Source: Spirochaetaceae bacterium
Lineage (GTDB): Bacteria; Spirochaetota; Spirochaetia; DSM-2461
Length of the DNA stretch: 64,000 nt
Direction of reading: 5' to 3'
NCBI GenBank assembly: GCA_051531975.1
Contig: JAOPTT010000017.1
Coordinates: 1 to 64,000 of the forward strand
A program made the translations under genes and the position numbers. Below, one piece after another: positions 19,460 to 30,996 of the stretch. Under the pieces are notes generated by a model. That model was not told where the DNA came from, searched no databases, and worked only from the letters and a program-made list of their open reading frames with translations. The first letter of the stretch is position 1. The number at the start of each line of letters is the position of its first letter.

Positions 19460-20521
19460 ATGATAAAAAAGATTTTATTTTTATTTGTTGTAGTATTACT
19501 TGTGCAAGGTTGTGCTAAAACTTTTCCTGAAAATTCTCTAGTATCTTCCAAAACTAAATCCCCACCTGTTATGGATGGAGTAGTGGATGATATTTGGGAT
19601 AAAGCACAAAGTTTAACAGTCGATGTGGAAGTACCACCCTACTCAGAGTTTGACGAAAGTTATTATGGGAGAAAGTATAAGGTTTTTCTCAAAAGTCTTT
19701 ATACCAAAGAAGACGTTTATTTTCTTTATCAGTGGAGAGGCGATGAAAGAATCTCTTACGAGAGACAAACATGGTATTTTAACCAGGATAAGCTAATTTG
19801 GATGCAAAAACCTAAAAAGAATTCTGATGAATATTCAGGACCAGTTTATGAAGATAAGTTTGCTGTTATATGGAATATAGGAAATAGTATAGCTAATTTT
19901 AATGAGGTTGGTTGTCTTGTACTTTGCCATGGGGAGTATAAACATACAAACACTGAAGATGAAAAGGGTGATGTTTGGCATTGGAAACTTGATAGAACAG
20001 GACCTGTTAATCAGCTAGATGATAAGTGGCTAACTTTCTCAGATAAAAATGGCCGAAAATCTGATGAAGGCTCAGGTGCATACAAAACTAATAGTCAGGA
20101 ACTAGAAGATCCAAATGGGAATAAAGTAAAAGTTCCGTTATATTGGATTCCAGGAAAACAGGATTACCACTGGATTATGAAAGGTGATAATAGTGCCAAA
20201 AAAATTGTGGAAGTTAATGTTGACCTTGATCTGATAGATCAAGATGGAACAGTAATTCCAAGAAATACTAAAATACCAAGTCTATATGGCATAACTCCAG
20301 CTACTGGAAGTAGAGGTGATGTAGCAGTTTACCATAACTTCGAAGATGGATTATGGACTCTTGAAGTTAAAAGAAAATTATCTACAGGAAATGATGATGA
20401 TATTGATTTTTCAGACAAAAAACAGATGTATTACTTCTCTGTAGCAGTTTTTAATGAAGCGGCAATAGCCCACGCTTACTCAGGTGCTTCAGGAACATCT
20501 TTTCCTTTAGTATTTAAATAA
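19460..20521 (+). CDS. Lipoprotein with ethylbenzene-dehydrogenase-gamma/DOMON-like heme-binding domain
   Basis: Lipobox LLVQGC, PVMDG..D..W, YEDKFAVIW, GCLVLCH, DVWHWK and WTLEVKRKLSTG..DD. Confidence 0.75.
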   Translation: MIKKILFLFVVVLLVQGCAKTFPENSLVSSKTKSPPVMDGVVDDIWDKAQSLTVDVEVPPYSEFDESYYGRKYKVFLKSLYTKEDVYFLYQWRGDERISYERQTWYFNQDKLIWMQKPKKNSDEYSGPVYEDKFAVIWNIGNSIANFNEVGCLVLCHGEYKHTNTEDEKGDVWHWKLDRTGPVNQLDDKWLTFSDKNGRKSDEGSGAYKTNSQELEDPNGNKVKVPLYWIPGKQDYHWIMKGDNSAKKIVEVNVDLDLIDQDGTVIPRNTKIPSLYGITPATGSRGDVAVYHNFEDGLWTLEVKRKLSTGNDDDIDFSDKKQMYYFSVAVFNEAAIAHAYSGASGTSFPLVFK

Positions 20522-20526
20522 GAAAA

Positions 20527-20544
20527 GAGGGTCTAATGACCCTC
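20527..20544. terminator. Probable bidirectional intrinsic terminator
   Basis: GAGGGTC-TAAT-GACCCTC, flanked by A-rich and T-rich tracts, between convergent genes. Confidence 0.75.
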
Positions 20545-20615
20545 ATTATTTTATTATTTTTCTAAAACAGTTTAAACTTCCGATCTATATTCTGTTATTA
20601 TAAATCTATTTAGTT

Positions 20616-23600
20616 TTAATTAATCAAAGCCTTTAACATATCGGCAGCTTCTTTCATTTTATATTTTGAAAGAAACTTCCGGCTCTCTTCTATTCCGTTT
20701 TTCATATCCTGGGGCAGAGCATACTCTTCGAGACTTTCAAATATCTCCAATGCCGGTTTCGGTTTTTTCTTTATCAGGTAATCGATTGCCAGATACAGCA
20801 TTTTGGTCAGTTCATCCCTTTCCATATTTTTTAAAAGCACATCGTTATCACCAATATCATCTTCAGCGAGGATCCCGCTTTCCTCTATGGAAGCCACAAG
20901 TCTTTTGATGATAGAATCAGCCTTAGATAAAACTTCCTGAAGATCTTCTTCATCTTTCAATTTCTCTTCGATCTCAGCCATCTGTCTTTGAAGCATTTCG
21001 GCTCCCAGGTTGGCGGAAACTCCTTTCACAGAGTGAGCCTCCCTGATAGCTTCCCCGACTTTTCCAGTTACAGATAACTTGCTTATCTTTTTAGTTACAT
21101 CAGAATAATCTTCAACAAATTGTTTAAGAAGTTTCCTATATAATTTGGAATTATTACCCACTCGAATAAGGCCTGATTTTGTATCAATTCCCTCTATATC
21201 TGGAAATGGATCATCACTTCGACTCTTATCTTTTACAACATAACCCTCTGGGAGTTTTCGCTCTCCTGGTTTAATCCATTGGCTCAGACAATTCCAGAGC
21301 TGTTCCAGATCAATCGGTTTGGTAATATAAGCATTCATACCGGCATCTTTTACTTTCTCTTCAATACCTGTCATGGCATCGGCAGTCATAGCTACAATAG
21401 ATAGCTCTTTGTCAGTATATTTTTCTCTGATTTTTCTTGTAGCTTCAAATCCATCCATCACAGGCATCTGTAGATCCATGAAAACCAGATCATAACTGTT
21501 TATTTCTATTTTTTCGAAGGCTATTTTTCCATTATCAGCCACATCGACAAAAAGTCCTTCAGATTCAAGTAGTTCGACGGCAACCTGCTGATTAATCTCA
21601 TTATCTTCGGCAAGAAGAATCGATGCCCCCCGGATAGAGTTCAGAAAATCTGTTGAAACAGTATTTGATTTCTTTTCATTATTGGATATTCTACCTTCAT
21701 GACCCAAAACCTGCATAATAGTATCAAAAAGAACTGACTGTTTAACTGGTTTTATTAAAAAACCATCAAAAGACTCTTCTTCAACTTCTTTTAGTATCTC
21801 TTCCCGGCCATAAGAGGTAACAAGAATGACTTTCGGCTGGCTTAATGATTTCAATTTTCTAAACTCTGCCGCAACTTCTATACCATTTAGATCAGGCATT
21901 TTATAATCAAGGAGAACCAGATGGTATGGATCGTTGGTATCACCATTTGCAAGTAGAAACTCGCTTATAGCTTCCCGTCCATTCTTGACAGTTGTAACTC
22001 TGAAATTAAAATCTGAGATATATTCATTTAGAATCTCTCTAGCTGATTCATTATCATCAACGATCATGACTCTAAGGTCATTTATCTCTTTTGGAACAAT
22101 CAGCTTATTTGAAACATGAGTTTTAAGCACCTTACATGTTATCGTAAAATAGAAAGTACAACCTGCACCCAATTCCCCGTCGACACCGACGCTGCCGCCC
22201 ATTAATTCTGCAAGCCGTTTTGAAATAGACAGACCAAGACCTGTTCCGCCAAATTTCCTTGTAGTTGATGTATCAGCCTGTGTAAAAGCTTTAAATAGTC
22301 TATTCTGCTGTTCTTGAGATAGACCAAGACCTGTGTCTTTCACAGAGAATTTCAATAAAGCTGAATCATCTACTAAAGAAACTAAATCACAGGATATTTT
22401 AATCTCCCCTTTTTCAGTAAATTTCAAAGCATTACTTGCAAAATTAAGAAGAATCTGACCAATTCTTAGTGAATCTCCATTTATAAAAGTGGGAACATCT
22501 TTATCAATAGCGATAATCAGTTCCAAACCTTTAGCCGCGACTTTTTCACTGATAAGATTCAGCAGATTATCCATAACATCATTCAGTTCAAAATCCATAT
22601 TTTCAATATCCATTTTACCGGCTTCAATTTTGGAAAAGTCCAGAATATCATTGATTATCCCCAGTAGACTGGTAGCAGAATAACTGACTTTATCGACATA
22701 GTCTTTCTGTTTATTGCTCAATTCTGTCCGGGATAATAGATGATTCAATCCGATTATAGCATTCATTGGTGTTCTTATTTCGTGACTCATATTTGCAAGA
22801 AAATCACCTTTAGCCTTAGTTGCATCTTCGGCAACCTCTTTTGCTTTTTCGAGCTCATCTGCAACCTGTTTTAATTTTTCTTCTATTATTTTACGTTCAG
22901 AAATTTCTTTTACCATTCGTCGGTTCCAGATAATAATTGAAGCAATAATAATCAGAACTATTATTAATACAGGGATGCTCCATTTAAGAATAGTTTTTAT
23001 CTGATCCCATAATATACCTGTACTGCTCATCCATGCATCGGTAATAACGGCTATTTCTTTCTGGGTGATGGAGTTGAACACTTTGTCAAGAATAGTAACA
23101 AGTTCCGGCCAATCCTTACGAACCCCTATTGCCATACCGTCCCCGCCAACCTCTGAATGTATAGTAAAACGAAGATTGAGCAGATTATTTTGATTAATAA
23201 GATAACTGATAACAGCTAGATTCCCCTGTGAACCATCCGCTAGGCCAGTGGCCACAGAGACTAATTCCTCATAAGTACTATCCACAAGAAACATGTCGAC
23301 TGCTGGGTATAACCGTCCGATCTCCTCAACTTCTAAATAACCCTTTGATACAGCGAAAGTCTTACCTTCAAAATCAATAATACCCTCAACTGGTGGATAA
23401 TCATCCATGGTCACTATCACTTGTGGGAAATTGAGGTAATTCTGTGTAAAAATTATATTTTCCCTACGTACTTCAGTATTTGTTATTACAGGTAGAACGT
23501 CGATACTGCCCGAATTAAGCGCTTCTACGGCTTGGGACCATGTAAGGTCGGGAACGTGTTCGAAGGTTACTCCAAGACGGCTTTCAATTAATTCTAGATA

Positions 23601-24557
23601 GTCTGCAGCTATCCCGATATATTCGCCTTTATCGTTAAAGAATTCAAAAGGGGCGTAAGCGGGATCACCACTAAACCTTATTGTTTTATGATTCTGCAAC
23701 CATACTTTTTCATCTTCTGTTAAATTAAGGGATTTAAAATCTAAAGTTTCATTTAATGCTGAATGGCTAAGCCACTTTTCTTTCAGTTCCTGCAGTCTGT
23801 TTTCCGGGAGGGCTTTCATTCCTTTATCAATAATTTCCTGTAGAATATCCCAGTCTTCACGAACTCCAATATGTGCCGCAATAGGTTTTCCCTCATCCAC
23901 ACCTAAAGTTCCACTTGCCTTGAGATTTGTAACAAAAAGCTTATTAATAAAGTAATTAACAACCGGTATCAGATCCAGCATGGCATCGGCTCTGCCGTTT
24001 GAAACTGCTAAAATTGCATCTTTGGTATCCAGGACTCTAACTAATTCCACCTGGGGATGGTCATTAAAATAAGATTCTAAGAAAAAACCTTCGGGGACTG
24101 CAAACTTTTTACCATATAAATCTTTGATTGAAGTAATTATGGGGTAATCAGTACGGGTAAACAGAGCTGGAGCTAATTCAAAATAGGGTTCTGTGTAATT
24201 AATAAACTCTGCCCTCTCATCTGAATAGGCTATATTTAGAATTACATCCAGTTCTTTTTTCTGAATCATATCCATGAAATCATTCCACGACGGACCAGAG
24301 ATAAAATCAATTTCAAATCCGATAGTATCTGCTAATAATGTAATATAATCTATCGAGAAACCCTGGGGTATATCATTTCTGTTAAAGTTAAAAGGTGTCC
24401 AGTCCATTTCGTTGGAGACTTTTATCACCGGGTGTTCTTTCAGCCAGTTTTTTTGGGCAGCTGTAAAGTTAATATCAGAAGATTGAGCAGATAAACCAGC
24501 GGGAAAAAGAAGTAAAATAGTTATAGCTATTACAGTCACTTTAAGTGATTTATTCAT
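20616..24557 (-). CDS. Hybrid sensor kinase: two periplasmic binding (PBP) domains, TM, HisKA, HATPase, two REC domains, Hpt (BvgS/EvgS-like input)
   Basis: Two WL..H..I..SxxxxxPF repeats, [27 protein letters not shown], two REC domains and Hpt AHSVKG. Confidence 0.94.
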   Translation of the reverse strand: MNKSLKVTVIAITILLLFPAGLSAQSSDINFTAAQKNWLKEHPVIKVSNEMDWTPFNFNRNDIPQGFSIDYITLLADTIGFEIDFISGPSWNDFMDMIQKKELDVILNIAYSDERAEFINYTEPYFELAPALFTRTDYPIITSIKDLYGKKFAVPEGFFLESYFNDHPQVELVRVLDTKDAILAVSNGRADAMLDLIPVVNYFINKLFVTNLKASGTLGVDEGKPIAAHIGVREDWDILQEIIDKGMKALPENRLQELKEKWLSHSALNETLDFKSLNLTEDEKVWLQNHKTIRFSGDPAYAPFEFFNDKGEYIGIAADYLELIESRLGVTFEHVPDLTWSQAVEALNSGSIDVLPVITNTEVRRENIIFTQNYLNFPQVIVTMDDYPPVEGIIDFEGKTFAVSKGYLEVEEIGRLYPAVDMFLVDSTYEELVSVATGLADGSQGNLAVISYLINQNNLLNLRFTIHSEVGGDGMAIGVRKDWPELVTILDKVFNSITQKEIAVITDAWMSSTGILWDQIKTILKWSIPVLIIVLIIIASIIIWNRRMVKEISERKIIEEKLKQVADELEKAKEVAEDATKAKGDFLANMSHEIRTPMNAIIGLNHLLSRTELSNKQKDYVDKVSYSATSLLGIINDILDFSKIEAGKMDIENMDFELNDVMDNLLNLISEKVAAKGLELIIAIDKDVPTFINGDSLRIGQILLNFASNALKFTEKGEIKISCDLVSLVDDSALLKFSVKDTGLGLSQEQQNRLFKAFTQADTSTTRKFGGTGLGLSISKRLAELMGGSVGVDGELGAGCTFYFTITCKVLKTHVSNKLIVPKEINDLRVMIVDDNESAREILNEYISDFNFRVTTVKNGREAISEFLLANGDTNDPYHLVLLDYKMPDLNGIEVAAEFRKLKSLSQPKVILVTSYGREEILKEVEEESFDGFLIKPVKQSVLFDTIMQVLGHEGRISNNEKKSNTVSTDFLNSIRGASILLAEDNEINQQVAVELLESEGLFVDVADNGKIAFEKIEINSYDLVFMDLQMPVMDGFEATRKIREKYTDKELSIVAMTADAMTGIEEKVKDAGMNAYITKPIDLEQLWNCLSQWIKPGERKLPEGYVVKDKSRSDDPFPDIEGIDTKSGLIRVGNNSKLYRKLLKQFVEDYSDVTKKISKLSVTGKVGEAIREAHSVKGVSANLGAEMLQRQMAEIEEKLKDEEDLQEVLSKADSIIKRLVASIEESGILAEDDIGDNDVLLKNMERDELTKMLYLAIDYLIKKKPKPALEIFESLEEYALPQDMKNGIEESRKFLSKYKMKEAADMLKALIN

Positions 24558-24786
24558 TAAGAATCTCCGTTCAATTACATCATATAAACAATTATATATC
24601 AGAATCTTCTTTTTTTAAAGAATTCGATAATTTTTTCCAGATTCATCAACGTAAAATACCAATGCAACATCTAATTCATCTTGAACAATATACTGCACAC
24701 AATGCCAATATTGTCTAATTATTTGCTCTTCCAGCATTAAAAATCTAGGGATAACATTAAAACATGATGAATTATGGAGGATTGAT

Positions 24787-25896
24787 TTGAAAGAAGACAA
24801 TAACATAGTATCGAAGTTAAAAGATACTTTTAAAAAATTTATACATAGGCAGGAAAGCAGTATTATCATAGCATTAATTGTATATGTAATGTTTGTTTCT
24901 ACGGTAAATGGAACTTTTATTTCCAGTGGTAATATCTTTAATATCTTTAGATCATCAGGGTTTGCATTAATCGCTATTGCCGGGATGACTTTAGTTCTTA
25001 TTACTGCCGGTCTGGATCTTTCAGTTGGTTCTGTTTTAGCACTTGGTGGCGTAGTCGCAGGTATGGTTGCCCAATCAGGAGTCCCAGTATACGTTGCAGT
25101 TTTAGCAGGTATTTTAGTTGGTGCGGGAATAGGTTGTATTAATGGTTTTATCATTGTTAAGGTTGGTATCCCACCACTTATTGTAACACTAGGTATGCAA
25201 TATGTAGCTCGTGGTCTGGTATCGGTAATAACTAAAGGTGTACCAGTATATCCACTTCCAAAAAGTTTTATGGCAATAGAACAGCAAAAAGTGTTTGGCA
25301 TAATACCACCAGTAGTTATTATGGCTTTATCAATAGCTTTAATATTTCATGTCATATTAAAACATACTACTTTTGGACGTTCAGTATATGCAGTTGGTGG
25401 AAACGAAGAGGCTGCAAAAATATCAGGAATTAATACTAAAAAAACTAAATTTTATGTTTATGTAATTACTTCAGCATTAGCTGGATTAGCTGGTGTATTC
25501 ATGGCTGCCAGACTTGGATCCGGAGAAGCTGCAGCTGGTACAGGCTACGAGTTAACAGTTATTTGTGGAGCAATTATTGGTGGAACGTCTGTTTTAGGTG
25601 GAGCTGGAACAATATTTGGAGCTGTATTAGGTGGACTGTTTATGGAGGTCTTAACAAACTCTCTTACTCTAATGCGTATTTCAGTATATTGGCAGCAGTT
25701 AGTTGTTGGTGCAATATTAATTCTTGCTGTAATGCTTGATCAATATAAACGGAATTTAATGAAAAAGAAATCAATACAGACTAAACCTGTTCAATCTATG
25801 GCTGAAGCAGTTAAGAATTCAGATTTAAGTTCTGATAAAACAGATAAGGATAGAGGGGGAGTATATGACAAAGAGAAATTCAGTACTGTCCGTTGA
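24787..25896 (+). CDS. Monosaccharide ABC transporter permease (RbsC family)
   Basis: GLDLSVGS, IPPLIVTLG, FGRSVYAVGGNEEAAKISGI and YELTVI..IIGGTS motifs; TTG start after GGAGG. Confidence 0.93.
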   Translation: MKEDNNIVSKLKDTFKKFIHRQESSIIIALIVYVMFVSTVNGTFISSGNIFNIFRSSGFALIAIAGMTLVLITAGLDLSVGSVLALGGVVAGMVAQSGVPVYVAVLAGILVGAGIGCINGFIIVKVGIPPLIVTLGMQYVARGLVSVITKGVPVYPLPKSFMAIEQQKVFGIIPPVVIMALSIALIFHVILKHTTFGRSVYAVGGNEEAAKISGINTKKTKFYVYVITSALAGLAGVFMAARLGSGEAAAGTGYELTVICGAIIGGTSVLGGAGTIFGAVLGGLFMEVLTNSLTLMRISVYWQQLVVGAILILAVMLDQYKRNLMKKKSIQTKPVQSMAEAVKNSDLSSDKTDKDRGGVYDKEKFSTVR

Positions 25897-27388
25897 AAAT
25901 ATAACAAAAAGGTTTTTAGGAACAGTTGCTTTAAAGGATATTTCATTAAAACTATATGAAAAAGAGATTTTAGCTGTAATGGGTGAAAATGGCGCAGGTA
26001 AATCAACTTTAATGAAGATCTTGTCAGGTTTATATCCTGCATCAGAAGTTGAAGGTTCAATTTATTTAAATGATAAAAAAGTAAGTTTCAATTCCCCTAT
26101 AGATTCAGAAAATGAAGGTATAGCGATGATATACCAGGAACTTAATCTGGAGTTGGATCTTTCTGTTTCAGAAAATATTCTACTTGGAAGAATGCCTGTG
26201 AACAGAATGGGATTAATTGATTGGAATGAGGCTGAAATAATAGCGACACAAGCACTAAAGAGATTAAATGTTGAATTGGATATGAATGTAACTGTAAGAA
26301 ATCTAAGTCCTTCTTTACAACAGTTAATATGTATTGCTAGGGCTCTAGTCAGGAATCCATCAATTTTGATTCTAGATGAACCAACATCGGTTTTAACAGC
26401 AACAGAAGCTGATAACCTAATGGATATAATCTATGGACTTAGGGATGAAGGTATTTCATGTATCTATATTTCTCATAAGTTAGATGAAGTTTTTAAACTA
26501 TGCGACAGAATGGTTATTTTAAGAGACGGTTATTACATAAGTGAGTATATACAGTCTGAAGTATATAACAGTGAACTAATAATAGAGGATATGATAGGTC
26601 GAAAACTAGAGATTATGTATCCAACTGTTGAAAAAACTATTGGGGAAGAGGTATTTAGAGTTGAGAACTTATCGGTTCCTCATACATCAGCATATGGTAA
26701 AAATATTATCGAAGACGTTAGTTTTAGCCTAAACAAAGGGGAAATTCTAGGACTTTGTGGTCTGGTTGGTTCAGGCCGGTCAGAGACTATAAATGCGATT
26801 TTTGGAAGCATACCCAAAAACAGTGGAAAACTTTTTATCGAGGACCGTGAGATATCTATAACAAATACAACTGATGCAAAAAAACATGGTATTGGCTTAT
26901 TAACCGAAGATAGAAAAAAAAATGGATTTATCCACTGTATGTCTATTTGCGAAAATATGACTATTACTATTCTTGATAAAATAAAACGATTTTTATTTAT
27001 AAACAGAAATGAAGAAAAAAGACAAGCTCAAGTCTACTTTGATCTACTTAGGGTAAAAGCACCGGGGTTAGATACTTTAATCTCTAATCTTTCTGGAGGA
27101 AACCAGCAAAAGGTAATTCTTTCAAAATGGTTATTAACAGATCTAAAGATATTGATGCTAGATGAACCCACAAGAGGCATTGATGTTGGAACAAAATCTG
27201 AAATCTACAGAATCATAAATGATCTTGCAAAAAACGGTGTAAGTATAATTGTAATCTCATCGGAAATAGCAGAATTGATAGCACTATGTGACCGTTTTGT
27301 AGTCCTTGGAAAAGGTACTGTTCAAGCGGAAATGAACAAGGAAGAAGCTAGCGAAGTATCTATATTAAAAGCTTCATCAGGAACGTAA
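25865..27388 (+). CDS. Monosaccharide ABC transporter ATP-binding protein (RbsA/XylG family)
   Basis: GENGAGKST, tandem NBDs, LSGGNQQK and DEPTRGIDVG. Confidence 0.95.
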   Translation: MTKRNSVLSVENITKRFLGTVALKDISLKLYEKEILAVMGENGAGKSTLMKILSGLYPASEVEGSIYLNDKKVSFNSPIDSENEGIAMIYQELNLELDLSVSENILLGRMPVNRMGLIDWNEAEIIATQALKRLNVELDMNVTVRNLSPSLQQLICIARALVRNPSILILDEPTSVLTATEADNLMDIIYGLRDEGISCIYISHKLDEVFKLCDRMVILRDGYYISEYIQSEVYNSELIIEDMIGRKLEIMYPTVEKTIGEEVFRVENLSVPHTSAYGKNIIEDVSFSLNKGEILGLCGLVGSGRSETINAIFGSIPKNSGKLFIEDREISITNTTDAKKHGIGLLTEDRKKNGFIHCMSICENMTITILDKIKRFLFINRNEEKRQAQVYFDLLRVKAPGLDTLISNLSGGNQQKVILSKWLLTDLKILMLDEPTRGIDVGTKSEIYRIINDLAKNGVSIIVISSEIAELIALCDRFVVLGKGTVQAEMNKEEASEVSILKASSGT

Positions 27389-27442
27389 ATATCCCTTTAT
27401 TGATTTAATGGGGTTAAAATAAAAGAAGAGGAAGGAAAAGAG

Positions 27443-28414
27443 ATGAACAAATTTATCGCAGTATTGTTATTCGTAACATTGTCATTATCATTTGTATCAG
27501 CAAATGGAAACAAAGAAGAGAAATCGGTAGAAGATGATCAATTACATTTTGTATATGTATCCCCACTACTAGCACACCCAGTATGGTTACTTGCAAAAGA
27601 TGGTTTTGACCAAGCTGTAAAAGAGTTAGATATTAAGGGTGACTGGGTTGGTCCTCAAGGAGTATCACCTGAAGAGATGGCTAAACTTATTGAAACTTCA
27701 ATAGCTCAGAAAGTTGACGCAATTATTACTCAGGGGTTAGTTCCTGCATCCCCTGTTCAAGCAGCTATAGATGAGGGTATTGCTGTTCTTGTTGTTGATT
27801 CTCCTATTGATGCAGAAGGCCAACTAGCATTTTTTGGTAAAGATGTTATGGTTCAGGCTGAAGCGATATACCTTGATGCTGCAGAATCTTTAGGATTAGA
27901 TACTGAAATGAATGTATCAATTCAGGTTGCTGCATTAAATTATCAGATTGCAGTTGACCAAATTGAAGCTATAAAAACAGTTTTTGCCAGACACGGTGGG
28001 AAATTCAATCTTGTTAACATATCTGAATCTAAATCTGATAAAATGAAAGCTACTACAGAGTGGGAAAATACTCTAAAAGCATACCCTGAAATTAATGTTG
28101 CTATCTGTTTAGCAGCTGAATCTGGACCTGCATGTGCTTCTGTAGTTAAAGATATGGGAATTAAAGACAAAGTAAAGGTATACGGTGTTGATGATATCGA
28201 AGAAACTTTAGATTTAGTCCGTTCTGGAGGAATTGATGGAACAGTTGTAACATCATTTTTTAACTATGGTTATCAGGCGGCATATTGGTTATATCAGAAT
28301 ATTACTGAAAACAAAACTCCAATAAGAAAGTTTAATGATGCAGGAACAATTCTTGTAAAAAAAGATAATGTTGAATCTTATGATGTTTTATTAAAAATAA
28401 AAGTCGATCTTTAA
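27443..28414 (+). CDS. Sugar ABC substrate-binding protein (RbsB-like)
   Basis: Spirochaete-type signal (SANGNKE), periplasmic binding protein type I pattern, and operon context. Confidence 0.85.
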   Translation: MNKFIAVLLFVTLSLSFVSANGNKEEKSVEDDQLHFVYVSPLLAHPVWLLAKDGFDQAVKELDIKGDWVGPQGVSPEEMAKLIETSIAQKVDAIITQGLVPASPVQAAIDEGIAVLVVDSPIDAEGQLAFFGKDVMVQAEAIYLDAAESLGLDTEMNVSIQVAALNYQIAVDQIEAIKTVFARHGGKFNLVNISESKSDKMKATTEWENTLKAYPEINVAICLAAESGPACASVVKDMGIKDKVKVYGVDDIEETLDLVRSGGIDGTVVTSFFNYGYQAAYWLYQNITENKTPIRKFNDAGTILVKKDNVESYDVLLKIKVDL

Positions 28415-28422
28415 TAATAGTT

Positions 28423-28439
28423 TCCCCCATATAGGGGGA
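28423..28439 (+). terminator. Intercistronic stem-loop after the substrate-binding gene
   Basis: TCCCCC-ATATA-GGGGGA immediately after the stop codon. Confidence 0.5.
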
Positions 28440-28466
28440 TTATAAATTTGTAATGCGAGGGAATAA

Positions 28467-29501
28467 ATGTCAGGTTATAAAAGAATAATAGATACAATTA
28501 GTGGTAATAATGTAAAACCGGTTCCAACTATGCTTCATAGTTTTATGGCAGCAGCAGAAGAGAAAGGTTTATCCCAAGCTCAATATAGAAGTAGTCCAAA
28601 GAATATTGCAAGAACCCATATAGATTATGCTTTAAAATATGGCTTAGATGGTGTATTAATTGATATTGATACCTGTATGGAGGCTGGTGCAATTGGCATA
28701 CATGTAGATTTACCTGAACATGAACCTGCTAGAGTTACAACAGGTCTTAGTACAAATATTGATATATGTATTGAAGCGATGGATAAAGAGTGTCTTAAAA
28801 AATATGATAGAATACAGATTATGCTTGAAGCAATAAATAATATTAGTAATGAAACAAAAGGTGAGTTACTAATTAGAGGAAATGCTGATCAGGGACCTTT
28901 TTCCCTTGCAATGTTATCTGTTGGTATTACTGAATTTATGATGAATCTACTGGATGAAGATACAATAGATAAAACCAAGTTATTGATAGATAGAGCATAC
29001 GATGTACATCTAGAATATCATAAAATGATAAGTGATGCTGGTGCGGATTTAACAAGTTTTGGGGACAGTTCATGTGGACCTGATCTAATAAGTAGAGAGA
29101 TGTATAAAGAATTTTCTTTTCCATACCATAAAAGATTAGTGGAAGATTTAAATAAGGAATCGATACAGACTGTTTGTCATATTTGTGGGAATTTAGATAA
29201 TATATTAGAAGATGTTGTAGAAGCAGGTTTCCCAGCAATAGAGGTGGATTACAAAACTGATATAAGAAGAGCACAAAAGATTTTAAAAGGAAAATCAACA
29301 ATGTTTGGACCTATAGACCCAGCTGGAATATTTTGTTTTGGTTCGCCTACTGATGTTTATAATGAAACAAAACGTATCCTCGATATTTTTCAAGAAGGTG
29401 GTCTGGTGATAGGTTCAGGATGTGCTCTACCTCCAGATGTAAAACAAGAAAATATAGAAGCATTTACTAAAGCTGTTAGAGACGTTAATTTAGTTCGATA
29501 A
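28467..29501 (+). CDS. URO-D / MtaA-CmuA (MT2 methyltransferase-like) family protein
   Basis: EAGAIG, QGPFSLA, DLISREMYKEFSFPY, Zn-site-like HICG, and C-terminal IGSGCALP. Confidence 0.85.
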   Translation: MSGYKRIIDTISGNNVKPVPTMLHSFMAAAEEKGLSQAQYRSSPKNIARTHIDYALKYGLDGVLIDIDTCMEAGAIGIHVDLPEHEPARVTTGLSTNIDICIEAMDKECLKKYDRIQIMLEAINNISNETKGELLIRGNADQGPFSLAMLSVGITEFMMNLLDEDTIDKTKLLIDRAYDVHLEYHKMISDAGADLTSFGDSSCGPDLISREMYKEFSFPYHKRLVEDLNKESIQTVCHICGNLDNILEDVVEAGFPAIEVDYKTDIRRAQKILKGKSTMFGPIDPAGIFCFGSPTDVYNETKRILDIFQEGGLVIGSGCALPPDVKQENIEAFTKAVRDVNLVR

Positions 29502-29505
29502 TTTA

Positions 29506-30996
29506 TTGTATGATATTTATATGATTAGGGAGTATATGAGAATGAATAATCGGGATAAAATGAGTATTAAGACTAAAATAGTCAGATTCATTCTGGTGAT
29601 ATTCATTCTTGTATTAAGCGTAATAATAATTAGTTATACACAAAGTTATCTTTCATATAAAATTTATAGAAGTACATTTAATAACTATAATGATTTGGAG
29701 CAGTTCTATAATGAGTGTGAATTAATGAATGCTTCGATGAAAAACTATATATACTCTAACAATCATAAAGAGTTTGATAATTACCTTGAACATTCAGAAA
29801 ATACTCATTTGATAATAACCAGGTTAAGAAATTCTTATAATTCCAAATTTAGTTTCCGGTTTGGACTCTTAGAAAATATGATTCAAACATATTCAGAGAA
29901 AGTTAATAAAATAATAGGTCTAAATAATGAATATTTACCCCAGGATGATTATGACACTGTTGATAGATTAAATCAGTTGATTCAGGAAACAAATCAGGAA
30001 TTTACAAAAATTCTAACTAAACAGATGAAACAAGATCAAGAATTAGTTTATAGATCAGGCAGATTAAACTTATTTATATCCATATTCATATTTTTTATAC
30101 TTTTGATTATATTGGGTATTTTTTCTGTCACTTCTGTTAGAGGAATAACCGGTCCAATTGAGGTCATGATTAAAAATATTCAATTAATTAAAAATGGACA
30201 GTTTATAATAAAAAATATTAGCAGTAATAACTCGGAAATTAATATTCTTATTACAGCTTTCGAAGATATGGCAGAAAATCTCCATGACTATATAAAAAAA
30301 ATAAAGGAAAAATCCAAGATCGAACAACAGTTAATAACCCAAGAGAATGATAATCTTAAAATGACAAGACTATTATCAGAAACAAAACTTCTGGTCCTTC
30401 AGGGGCAGATGAATCCCCACTTTCTATTTAATACCCTAAGCATGATATCAAAACTTGCATATATAGAAGGAGCTCACAAAACAAGTGAACTTATGGTCAG
30501 TACAGCGAATCTTCTAAGGTACAGTATGGAGATGTGCACAAAAAAATCAAATTTAGCATTGGAAATAAATTGTGTTAAAAATTATTTTGATATACAGAGG
30601 CGTAGAGTTGGTGGTCGAATATCTTTTTCGATTCAACATACCGAAGAATTTGATAATATTATTATTCCAGGAATGATTCTCCAGCCTATTATTGAAAATT
30701 GTGTAGTTCATGGTTTAAAAGATAAAATAAGAAACGGAATAGTAGATATTGAAATATGGCGAAACAATGATCGAATTATTATCTCCATTGAAGATAATGG
30801 AATAGGAGTTGATGAAGAATTGTTAAACAAACTGAATAACATTGGTTATATTTCCTCTAAAAAAGGCAGCCTCGGATTATCAAATATAAAAGAGAGGTTA
30901 AAACTGTTTTACTCATCTGATTATTTATTTGTTATAGACAGTAATCCGGAATGTGGAACTGTTATTATGCTTGATATACCGGTGACCTATGTATAA
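29506..30996 (+). CDS. YesM/LytS-like sensor histidine kinase
   Basis: Two TMs, HAMP, LQGQMNPHFLFNTL, LQPIIENCVVHG, DNGIG and GLSNIKERL. The exact start is uncertain. Confidence 0.93.
   Translation: MYDIYMIREYMRMNNRDKMSIKTKIVRFILVIFILVLSVIIISYTQSYLSYKIYRSTFNNYNDLEQFYNECELMNASMKNYIYSNNHKEFDNYLEHSENTHLIITRLRNSYNSKFSFRFGLLENMIQTYSEKVNKIIGLNNEYLPQDDYDTVDRLNQLIQETNQEFTKILTKQMKQDQELVYRSGRLNLFISIFIFFILLIILGIFSVTSVRGITGPIEVMIKNIQLIKNGQFIIKNISSNNSEINILITAFEDMAENLHDYIKKIKEKSKIEQQLITQENDNLKMTRLLSETKLLVLQGQMNPHFLFNTLSMISKLAYIEGAHKTSELMVSTANLLRYSMEMCTKKSNLALEINCVKNYFDIQRRRVGGRISFSIQHTEEFDNIIIPGMILQPIIENCVVHGLKDKIRNGIVDIEIWRNNDRIIISIEDNGIGVDEELLNKLNNIGYISSKKGSLGLSNIKERLKLFYSSDYLFVIDSNPECGTVIMLDIPVTYV

Noticed and set aside
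20563..20588. Sigma28-like TAAA...CCGAT promoter
   Set aside because: The spacing is about 3 nt too short and it would point into the 3' end of a convergent gene.
24615..25301. 228-aa minus-strand ORF and the other antisense ORFs in the track (e.g. 62186-62680, 60611-61102, 9214-9579, 15150-15521)
   Set aside because: They are shadows of well-supported genes on the opposite strand and carry no recognisable motifs.
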